Shown here: positions 39,675 through 50,489 of the stretch, one piece after another
How positions within the stretch are numbered: position 1 is the stretch's first letter
How the letters are laid out: every line of letters begins with the position of its first letter
From: Dipteris shenzhenensis
Taxonomy: Eukaryota
DNA length: 64,000 bases
Assembly: GCA_047967505.1 (NCBI GenBank)
Contig: CM106538.1
Direction: 5' to 3' (one strand)
The notes under the pieces: model-generated
The model's input: the letters and a program-made list of their open reading frames with translations, nothing else
Told to the model about the DNA's origin: nothing
The model's database searches: none
Program-made: the position numbers and the translations under genes

Positions 39675-41438
39675 GACTGCCCTAGATGCATACATGCACC
39701 TTAGATATAGCCCTTGGTCACACTTATCCCAACAACTTCAAGACATGGATTGTAGCATTGTGGACTTGAGAACATTGCAATCGTACAAGGACAAGATTGC
39801 AAAGGATATGGGCATGGTCATGAAGTTTACATTTAGATCCAAATGGGCAAGGTTATCTTGGTTTATGCCTCTGCACATTTTTGCTTCTTTGTTTTAGAAT
39901 ATACATGTGCATAGAACAAAAACTATGTGGTCCTGCAAGAGTGTAGATGAAAATGCACTTGAAGATTTACTTGGGATGAATTGGGGAACTAGGTCAGGCA
40001 AAAAAAAAGGTGATGTGTTTCAATGTCACGCATGTAAAGACAATGTGGTTATTAGATACCATTTGTCACACCAAATCTTGTATTTATCTTTTCAGGATAG
40101 GTGCTGGAAGAAAACAAATGGCCGGTGGGTCCCCCTAGACTCTAATGATGAAGACAATATAGGGGTAAGTTTGTCTATTGATGTTGAAGAGGAAGATGTC
40201 AAGAAAATGAATGTCACATCACAATGGACTCTAAGGGATGTGCGAGAACACCTATTGGTCATCGAGGACAACATGTTAGAGTCCTTTAACTTTACCTTAA
40301 ATGGTGGTAAGGTCAGCTGACGTGTAACTTTGATCCCCCCTCATCATTGATGAAGAAGAGTACATATTCCTCCATGACATAGAGGTTCTTTTTGGACTAC
40401 GAGAGGATGAGGCATGCAAAGACCTATTTGGGTTTGATGTTGACACAAGTGTCAAACATCCTAGGGTTTTAGGTTCTGAAGACCAGACAATGGAAGAGTT
40501 TCTCTTGATGATGATGGTTTCAATGAAGGATGTACACATGTCCATATATGATGCACAACCCTCTCATGTAGAAGCTTCCACCTCCAATACATGTTAGGAG
40601 AAAGCTTCCACCTCCCAAATGGAACATCACAAAGCACTTGGTTCCATCAATATTGCAAATGAGGAAGGGATAGAAGCCGACGACGATGTAGTGGTAAGTT
40701 TGAACAATATTTTGTATTTTGATGTTCTTTCGGTATAATTTGTTTTGTTGGTCTTCTAATGTTTGTTGAATTGTTGCAGGAGGCATTTGAGATTGATGAG
40801 TTCTCACCTCGATGGGGTAATGTTTGCAGTGCATTTGGGTGAGATCATTCTTTGGCCCATTACCTCAGGAAAGTCGTAGAGCACCTCTTGCTCTTCCACA
40901 ACAAGTTTTCTTCTCGAGAACCTGTGGAGCTACTGAAATGCAAGGCATTGTCACACACTATCGGATACTCCAGAATTACTTATTGACAAGGTGATTTTGG
41001 TACACCGCCTGTCTGCTATCAATGCCTTTAGATCAAACATTCATGGCAGGGCATTGACAACAATAGCTATGTCTTTGGCAGTAGGAGTGGAGGATCTTAG
41101 TGCTATTGCAGCTAGGTTTATATCTAGGAGTCCACTAGGGGATTCAAAGACCCCTATTCTCAATGAACTCAAACTAGCTAAGAAGAACGATAGCCTGTGA
41201 GGCCTATTGTAAGTATAAACATACACTTCAATGGATACATGACTTTAATGAGACTACATATCTTTATTATTTGTTTTAAGTCATCATTGCTCTTCATGAA
41301 TTCATAATATTTATTCCACTGCATTTTTTTAAAGTCGTTGATGATATATTTACACCATCCTTTTAATTGTGTTAATTTAATGCATTTCTAGCTAATTTAG
41401 TATGATTTCCACCAATTCTGGGTATCCAAAGTTCATTT

Positions 41439-44400
41439 TGTAAAGAATAAGGGAGAGAGATAGGAGACTCAAGTTCAGCTTTCTTCACAACACACAAAAG
41501 AGAGAGGACACAAGGTTGGAGGGTGAAGCCTTTCTTCACTTTTGCACACAACAACAATACAATAGAAGAGGGAAATACCCTATATGTCAAACCCTAGAAT
41601 ACGTGGTTCATATGTGAACCCAAACCAAAAACATACGTGGTAGTCTAACTACACCACGAGTACAACTAACATAGGCGGTGACATAAATGATAGTCATCCA
41701 GGAGATGTATCGTGGGTAGAGCTTGATATCTCAACACTCCCCCTCAAGCTCAAATCCATCTCACGTACACCAAGCAAGCTCCTAAATCTGCGAAACTTCT
41801 CGGTACCCAATGCCTTCGTAAAAATATCAGCCACCTGCTCCTCAGTGCTGACATAGACAAGATCAATCCCACCAGCTAGAACCTTCTCTCTCACAAAGTG
41901 ATAATGCACCTCAATGTGCTTCGTTCTAGCATGATAAACTGGGTTATTAGCAAGCATGATGCTGCTAATGTTGTCACAATGAATGACAACTGCTGCATGA
42001 ATTGACTGTCCCATATCTGCAAGTAGCTTCCGTAACCAAGCTACTTCACATGCAGCCATTGCTGCACCCCTGTACTCAGCCTCTGTGCTCGACAAGGCAA
42101 CTGTTGGCTGCTTCTTGCTGCTCCAACTGATGGCACCACTCCCAAGAGAAAACATAAAACCACTAGTAGATCTCCTGTCTGAGACACTACCAGCCCAGTC
42201 AGCATCTGTGTATCCATGTACCTGTAATGCACACCCAGCTTCATAAAACAGTCCATAATGCAATGTGGACTTCACATACCGTAGTATGCGCCTAGTCGCA
42301 TCCAAATGTGGCTTCCTCGGTGCTTGCATAAACTGACTCACCAGCCCCACAGCATAGCTCAAATCTGGTCTGGTTATAGTCATGTAAATCAAGCTACCTA
42401 CTATGCGCCTGTACATAGTAATATCTTCAAGAAGCTCACCTGTCTCTGCATTGAGCTTCACAGAGATAGGCTTACAGCCTATCATCCCATATTTGGACAG
42501 AGATAGGCTTACAGCCTGTCATCCCATATTTGGACAGCATGTCCAAACCGTATTGCCTTTGCAACAGCCATATCCCACTCGGGGATCTAATAACCTCAAT
42601 GCCCAAGAAGTAACGCAGCTCTCCCAAATCCTTCATCTCAAATTTTTGCTTCAATAGCAGCTTCACTTCATTAATGTCTGCATCACTATCACCTGTAATA
42701 ATCAAGTCATCAACATAGATGACCACAAGCACAATCCCTCTGTTTGTTCTTTTCACATAAAGTGAAAAATCTGAATTGGAAATCTGAAATCCAATAGTGA
42801 CAAGATATTGCCCTATCTTGTCTGACCATGCCCTCGGCGCCTGTTTTAAGCCATACAAGGCTTTGCGCAACCTGCATACAAAATCGGGGTGTGAATTATC
42901 CTCATAACCTTCTGGTTGCATCATATAAACCTCTTCCTGCAAATCACCATGCAAGAAGGCATTTTTCACATCCATCTGATGCAAAGACCATCCCTTTGCA
43001 GCGGCCATAGCAATTACTGCTCTCACGGTTGCCATCCTTGCAACTGGGCTGAAAGTTTCCTCATAGTCAATTCCATATGTCTGCGCAAAACCTTTGTTGG
43101 CAACCAATCTTGCCTTGTACCTGCTAACAGACCCATCAGCATTGTGCTTTACTTTGTAAACCCACTTGCAGCCAATAGCCTTCTTATCATGAGGCAAAGG
43201 CATCAAATCCCAAGTGTGGTTTGCATCCAAGGCAGCCATCTCTTCATCCATAGCTGCTTCCCAATTTTTATGCCCTGCTGCATCCTCAAAACATGTGGGC
43301 TCTGACTCCTCTAGAACCTTGACCATATAAGCATAGTGATGTGCTGTATACCCATCATATCTCAGCCTGTCAATTGGATACTTAATACGAGTGGACCTCC
43401 GTACAACTGGATCAGTTGCAGGAGTCTTTAAATCATGCCTGCTTTTCCTTGCACCAGGTGTAACAACAGAAGGAATCCCAAGTTCCTCATCAAGGCTCAT
43501 TTCAGAGCCGCTTGACTCTCCATCAACATGAGAGCTACCAGCAGACACATCAAACACTGGAGCATGGTCTACTTTTTCTTTTCCCTTATGTGATACCTGC
43601 ACAACACTATCAGGGCTGCCATGTGACGATTCACTAGATCTCAATCTCCCTGTCCATGCATTAGATCCACTAGTAGAGGACTCTCTGGGTCCACTCAAGG
43701 CTTGAGATTGCTGCTCTGCATTTATTGCAGCATTCCCATTTCCTGCATCTGCATCTCCTACCATAACAGTTGGTGCATACCAGCTGCTCATTTCATAAAA
43801 AACAACATCTCTGCTCACTTGCATTTTGCGGGTGGAAGGGTTATAACAGCGATACCCTTTCTGGTGCAGAGCATATCCAATAAAGATGCATTTTTCTGCC
43901 TTTGGATCCAGCTTTGTTCTCTTCTCATCAGGAACATGAACATAAGCTATGCAACCAAATACCTTCAAGTGAGAAATATCTGGTTTTTGGCCTATATACA
44001 TTTCTTCAGGCGTCATGCCATGGACAGCTGCAGTGGGGGTTCTGTTCATAATATAAACAGCAGTTGCTACTGCTTCAGCCCAAAAATAATCAGGCATGTT
44101 TTTCTCATTTAGGATCGCCCGTCCTACTTCTGCAATATGCCTGTTCTTCCTTTCTGCAACCCCATTCTACTGAGGGGTAGACCTGCATGAGTACTTCCTT
44201 TGAATTCCCTGTTCTTTTAGATATTCACAAAATTCTTCTGAAAAGTACTCTCCCCCTCCATCAGATCTTAGCACTTTAATATGCACACCTTTCTCTTTTT
44301 CAACCATGGCCTTAAAAGCCTTGAAATGGCTGAACACTTCACTTTTGTGCTTCATAAAATAAATCCACACCTTCCTAGTGTAGTCATCAATAAACGTCAC

Positions 44401-46892
44401 ATAATAATGGCATCCACCAATAGAAGCAGTTTTGGTTGTTTAAACATCTGAATGGATCACTTCCAAAGGTCTTCTGCTCACCTTAGCATTTTTGGGAAAT
44501 GCATGTCTGGCCTGCTTACCCATTTGGCATGCTTCACATACCTTTTGCATTCCCTCAACTCTGAATTTAGGCAAACCTGCAACAATGTTTTTCGTTTGCA
44601 TAGATTTCAGCCTTTGTATATTCACGTGCCCAATGCGCTTGTGCCATATCTCAATATCTGCAATGACACCTCTCCCATGCGCAAACATAGCAGCTTTCAC
44701 CTCAGGCATATCAACATCCAAGGTGAACATTCTTCCATTTTTGTTGCCTTTCGCAACCAAGTGGCATTTATTTTTCAAGTCCTCAACAAAGCATCCATCA
44801 GGATTAAATCTAACCTGCAGACCTTGCTCAACCATCTGGCCAACTGAAACCAGGTTCTTAGTGATTTTTGGGACATGAAGTACATCTGCCAAGTACTTCG
44901 TTTTGCCATCCTGCATAGCCAATGGCACTTTACCAACCTGCGTAATTGGGTGCGCAGTATCATCACCTGTTTCAACATAACCTGGCTTATCCAAATTTCT
45001 AACATCATGAAACCACTCACCATGACTGGTCATGTGGTTAGAGGCACCTGAATCAACATACCAAACATCATTGCAAGCTGCAGCATCTCCTGACATGGAG
45101 TTAACCATATGCTGCATCACAAAAAGATGCTCATTTCTGTCGTCACCATGCCCACTTGATGATGCATAGTTGCTTTGCTGCAACTTCCCACTTTTGATGT
45201 CATTCTGCTTTTTATAGCATGTATTCTCCTTGTGTCCAGGCTTTCCACAATAATAGCATTCTGTGCTGCTATTTACTTGCTGGTTCCTTTGCCATGAACC
45301 ACGGCCTCTTTGGCTCCCCCTGCCTCTAGAACTACCTCCATAGGACTGGTTTTCCTGTTGTTGCTGTTGGTTCTGATTTCCTGCACGGCCACCAAAACGG
45401 CCTCTTCCTCTACCTCTGCCTCTACCTGTATTCGAGTAGAAAGCAGTCTCTTGAGAAGTTGAGGTGGCTGAACCACCATTCCTTTGCTCTTCACTCAGCA
45501 AGAGAGCAATAAGTTCCTGAAAATCAGGAAATGTTTCACGGACTCCAATGGATGTCCGAAACTGTGCATAATCTTTCCCAAGACCATTCAAGGTCACGGA
45601 CACTAAGTCCTCATCATCGACAGGTGCTCCAATGGAGGCAAGAGAATCTGCAAGGCCTTTCACCTTCAAGGAATACTCATTTATATTCAGATTTTTCCTT
45701 TGCACATTGTGCAACTCCTGCTTTAGCTGCATCTTTCGTGCTTTGGTATTTGTGCTATACAACTTCACCAATGTATCCCATGCCTCCTTAGGCATCTCTA
45801 GATCCTGTATATGCACAATCATAGAATCTAAAATGCTAACAGACAGCCAATACAGGCATTTTCTGGCTTTTTCATGCCATTCTTTAAAGGCCTTCAATTC
45901 AGCAGGAGTGGGAGCAGCACCCAAAACTGGTTCTGCAGTTTCACCACTGATGTACTCCCAAACTCCCTTTCCCATAAGGAAGTTTGTCATCCTGAACTTC
46001 CATGCTTGGAAGTTGTTCTTGTCAAGCTTCTCACTGACAATGGTAGACAGATTCTCAGACATTTTACAAATCACGAATTGCAACAGCAACCTGTAAACAC
46101 AGCAAATGCCTCACAAGGGCAAATAGCAAAACTTCTGCAAAAGCCTCATAGGGGCAGATCTGCAACACTGACGAAAGTGGTATTTCACCACACAGTCACT
46201 TCCTAGTGAACGATTTTGCATCAACAGGCAACAGGCATGAATCTGCAACTCCCAATATCTCTGCACATAGGCATACGATGCAATTTCTGTGGCACCTTTC
46301 CACCGACTAGCCGCGCAGTGGTCGCACAGCAAAAAACAGGGCCTTTTTCTGAGTGCCTGCGAAGAACTTCCGCCTTCAAAACGGGCCCCGAAACGGCATA
46401 TACTACGCTCTCGCCACACCGCGAAGGGCCTGTCAATCTGAAACAGTGCACTCCTGCACTTCTGGCTGTGCTACCTGCAGAGATTTGCTCCCAAACTCGA
46501 AATAGGAAAGCAACACTGGTCCTCTTACCAGGACACCACAAACTTGGCTTGCTTTCTTGAGCTCCTTACCACGAACAAGGCTCTGATACCATGTAAAGAA
46601 TAAGGGAGAGAGATAGGAGACTCAAGTTCAGCTTTCTTCACAACACACAAAAGAGAGAGGACACAAGGTTGGAGGGTGAAGCCTTTCTTCACTTTTGCAC
46701 ACAACAACAATACAATAGAAGAGGGAAATACCCTATATGTCAAACCCTAGAATACGTGGTTCATATGTGAACCCAAACCAAAAACATACGTGGTAGTCTA
46801 ACTACACCACGAGTACAACTAACATAGGCGGTGACATAAATGATAGTCATCCACCAGGAGATGTATTGTGGGTAGAGCTTGATATCTCAACA
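41439..46892 (-). mobile_element. Full-length Ty1/copia element (family 2, related to family 1)
   Basis: LTRs 41439-41736 and 46592-46892 (one substitution and one 3-bp indel by eye), TSD CATTT, iMet PBS at 46591-46578, PPT at 41744-41737. Confidence 0.97.
41694..46062 (-). pseudogene. Copia gag-pol with premature stops and a frameshifting duplication
   Basis: [71 protein letters not shown]; breaks at about 44440, 44167 and 42460-42540. Confidence 0.95.
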
Positions 46893-46900
46893 CATTTTTG

Positions 46901-47116
46901 TCAAATCCTGGAGTAATTTCACCGTGGTGCAGAAGGCAAAAGTGTTTGGGATAGTGTGAGGAGCCCAAATTGCCCTAAACCCGCCACGAAGCAAATTTGG
47001 GCATTATGGAAAATTCCCAAATTTGCATCGTGGTGGGTTTAGGGCATTTTGGGCTCCTTATGACGTCCCAGACACTTTTGCCTTTTGTGCCACCGTGAAA
47101 TTCCTCTAGGATTTGA
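46901..47116. repeat. Long imperfect inverted repeat (about 101-bp arms, 14-nt loop)
   Basis: TCAAATCCTGGAGTAATTTCACC...GCAAATTTGGG / CCCAAATTTGC...GTGAAATTCCTCTAGGATTTGA pair without gaps. Confidence 0.92.
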
Positions 47117-47306
47117 TAGAATTCAAAAGTTACATTAAAATAAATAGTAACTTCAATCATAAACATGGAGAATTCAAAACAATGCGATATTGTACAAAAT
47201 GTAGATATTTTTTATTGAAAAATATCGCCCGTTGGGCCTTAGATACAAGAATGTGCCTTCAAGGGTAAGGGGTAGTCTAAGTCTTAAGGGTGGGCTCCAA
47301 GAGATT

Positions 47307-47755
47307 CTAGGGCTTCAAGCTTGGGTCCATCCATATCTGCCTCACCAAAGCCATGTCCTTGTCCCACACCGTGATGTGCTTTGCATGGATGGCACACAAG
47401 TTGGCATCCTCAAACAAAGTGGTGGTGGCTTGCTCCACAGCCTCCTGGAGCACCCCCATAGATCCTGTGTTGAATCGTACTGTTGAATCGTGTTGAATCG
47501 TACATCGTTCTTGTACCTGTGTGCTATCTCCTGTACCACACGTTGGAAGGGAGCATGTGGGATTAGGTCATTGGTGGTCTTTTGCAACTATCTCATCTTC
47601 CTTAGGGCCCTCATTCCTGGCTTTGCTTTGTATGACTTCCTCACTCCTGGTGGAGGCTGTACAAGTACCCGAACATGACTTCATGGCCTCTTGAATTCCT
47701 TGAACTTATTGCACTTCTCTTCTTTGTGCTGATCCTCCTCCAAATCCTCCTCACC
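47307..47755 (-). pseudogene. Divergent histone H3-like pseudogene
   Basis: GVRKSYKAKPGMRALRKMR*LQKTTNDLIPHAPFQRVVQEIAHRYKNDVRF[dup]NTGSMGVLQEAVEQATTTLFEDANLCAIHAKHITVWDKDMALVRQIW aligns colinearly with the H3 histone fold; start codon not identified. Confidence 0.88.
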
Positions 47756-47911
47756 CCCCCCCCCCCCCCCCTTTGCCCTGCCCTATGCCCCTCCCTTCTC
47801 TTCCCCCTCCTTCACCCTATGCCCACCTTCCTTAACCTCCTTACCTCACACAGACTCTCCACTTCAAAAGGGAGTACACAAATTGTGGTCAAAATAAGCA
47901 AGATATTCATT

Positions 47912-48187
47912 TCATAGTTGTATATAATTACACCATAGCTTCTGTTGCTGGTTGACCCATCTTCTCCCTTTTCTCACTCTAGTTTGCATCTAATGTGTGA
48001 CTCCTCAACTCCCTTTGGATTCTTTCCAAGCACTATGACTTCTATTCTTTGATACAATTTGAATTGTTTTTGCAAGTTTTAATGCCTTTGCCTTGTCAGA
48101 CTTCAGAGTCCTACCTAGTAAACATCTGAAAAATGAGTCAAACATCTCATGCAATGCATTGCTACGAGTAACACCACCACCATGCCT
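47912..48187 (-). pseudogene. C-terminal tail of a second RAG1/Transib-like transposase (element A), truncated at a rearrangement junction
   Basis: RHGGGVTRSNALHEMFDSFFRCLL...SHSAWKESKGS*GVTH*MQTRVRKGRRW resembles QHYGGS*KANSLKEVFQWFY*GIL...RRQALDNSIATERHRQ*RESKIFRNHKW at 52660-52890. Confidence 0.68.
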
Positions 48188-48188
48188 T

Positions 48189-49770
48189 GTTCCGGACATC
48201 CATTGCCGTCCGTGAAAAATTTCCTGATTTTGAGGAGTTGATTGCTCTTCTAATTTCTGAAGAGCAGAGAAATGGTGGTGCATCTTCTTCAGTAGGAACT
48301 TCAAAAGAAACTGTCTTCTACTCAAATGCTGGCAGAGGTAGAGGCCGATTTGGAGGAGGCCGATCTGGAGGCCGTGGTAGAAATCAGAATATGCAGCAAA
48401 CTCAAGAAAACCAGTCCTATGCAGGAGGACATGGTAACTCTAGAGGCAGGGGGAGCCAAAGAGGTCGTGGTGGATGGCAGAGAGGCCAAAATGCAAACAG
48501 TAATGTTGAATGCTACTACTGTGGTAAAATGGGGCATATGGCTAAAGATTGCTACAAAAAGCAGAATGACATTATGAATGGAAAATTGCAGCAAGGCAAT
48601 TATGCATCCTCTAGTAGACAGGGTGATGACAGAAATGAGCATTTGTTTATGGTATAGCATATGACAAATTCTGTGACAAGTGCAGAAGAAAGCAATGATG
48701 TGTGGTATGTTGACTCAGGTGCGTCAAACCACATGACAGGTCATGCTGAATGGATGCAGGATGCAAGGAAAATGGAAAAACCAGGATTTGTGGAGACTGG
48801 TGATGATACTGCACATCCTATTGTGCAGATTGGCAAAATTCCTTTGTCTATGCAGGATGGGAAAAAGAAATACTTGTCTGATGTATTTCATGTCCCGAAC
48901 ATCACCAAGAACCTGGTTTCTGTTGGTCAAATGGTTGAGCAGGGCTTGTAGGTCAAATTCAATCCTCATGGATGCTTTGTTGAGGATATGAAAAATAATG
49001 GTCGCTTGATAGCAAAAGGAAAGAAGAAAGGCAGGATGTTTACGTTGGATGCGGACATGCCTGAATTGAGTGCAGCAATGTTTGCACATGGGACCGGTGT
49101 AGTTGCAGATATTGATATCTGGCATAAACGCATTGGTCATGTTAATGTACAACGACTTAAATCAATGCAGGCCCAAAATATTGTTGCAGGATTGCCTAAA
49201 TTCAAGGTTGCAGAAATGCATAAGGTGTGTGAAGCCTGTCAATTTGGAAAACAGGCAAGGAAACCATTTCCTAAGCATGTTCAAGAGAGTAAAAAGCCAT
49301 TGGAATTAATCCACTCTGATGTGTGGACTACTAAAGCTGCATCTATTGGAGGCTATCACTATTTTGTCACATTTATTGATGACTTCAGCAGAAAACTTTG
49401 GGTGAATTTTATGAAAAAGAAAAGTGAAGTGTTTGGGCACTTCAAAGCTTTTAAAGCTATGGTTGAAAAAGAAACAGGCCTGCAAATAAAATGCCTAAGG
49501 CCAGATGGAGGGGGAGAGTACCTCTCAAATGAGTTTGCAAGGTTCTTGCAGGAGCATGGTATAAAGCAGCAATATTCATGCAGTCATACCCCACAGCAAA
49601 ATGGAATTGCAGAAAGGAAAGCCAGGCATATTGGAGAGGTATCTCGGGCTATGCCAAATGAAAAAGATCTACCAGATTATTATTGGGCTGAAGCAGTTGC
49701 TACAACAGTTTATATAATGAACAGGACTCCCACTGCAGCAATACATGACATGACGCCAGAGGAGATGTAT
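48189..49770 (+). mobile_element. Copia family 1 fragment (gag C-terminus, PR, INT), inverted relative to its own 5' end
   Basis: Near-identical to the reverse complement of the 15890-18364 region; starts GTTCCGGACATCC and stops abruptly at ...GAGATGTAT. Confidence 0.95.
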
Positions 49771-50489
49771 CATTAGGGAAAAAGGGAACTCATTTTGGGG
49801 CCCTGTAAGAAATTCACTATTTTTTGAATTATTTCTCTCCTAAAAGACCTCAAAAATAGTAAAATACGGAAACGTGGCTCAGATTTGTCAGTAAGGACTA
49901 CAGAACTGTCAATTCAAAAAGGAATAAGATAATCTTTTGTCTGACTAACACGATTTTGTATTAATATCCTCTTAGATTTTTTTTTGTTTACCAAAGATTC
50001 CGCATCTCTTTGGCCGACGTGTGCAGGTCTTTCATTAAGAGTCCATCACTGAACTTAGTGATTGCAAGTTTTCAAAATATTCACATGGATATCGCCACAC
50101 TTCCACGATTCATGTTACAAAATGACTATGAGATTGAAAAACAAACTTCGCAACCTGAGGAGCACAAAAAATGGCCGATACTAGTGAGTCACTATCTGAG
50201 AAGAAGCGATTACACCATCTTCATATCGACTTGGAAGAACAATATGCTCCAGCACAAAAAAGACGAAAGGATACGGTGCTGAATGCTCAACAGCGGGAAA
50301 ATATGAGAAGAGAAGGGCTTTAACATATTGACTTATGGTGCGATGGAAGCATATATCCAAAATGTCAAGTAAAAAACTCTACACCTCCATTTGTCAATCC
50401 CACCACATTACTGAGGTTTTTGCCGGCGATGGACAAAATGGACTCTTGGTTATATTTCAGCGCAGTCTGCATTTGCGGAAACGTATAAA

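Larger units (their letters stand above)
32521..39734 (-). mobile_element. Non-autonomous copia-type LTR element encoding gag only
   Basis: LTRs 32521-32911 and 39364-39734 (each with a (CA)n tract), TSD ACTTC, PBS TGGTATTAGAGC (39361-39350), PPT GAGGGGGGATA next to 32911. Confidence 0.92.
32020..41200 (+). pseudogene. Partner gene of RAG1/Transib-like element A, interrupted by an LTR element
   Basis: Frame ...LQTNAPPKL (32520) resumes QDMDCSIVDL (39740) once the insertion is removed; last intron 40694-40779; last exon LAHYLRK...KVILVHRLSAINAF...SLAVGVED resembles 53232-53789. Stops and frameshifts present; 5' limit uncertain. Confidence 0.7.

Noticed and set aside
47307-47755. Calling the histone CENH3
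   Set aside because: LIPxAPF is CENH3-like, but loop 1 has canonical H3 length and FQR and RF are retained; a phylogeny is needed to decide.
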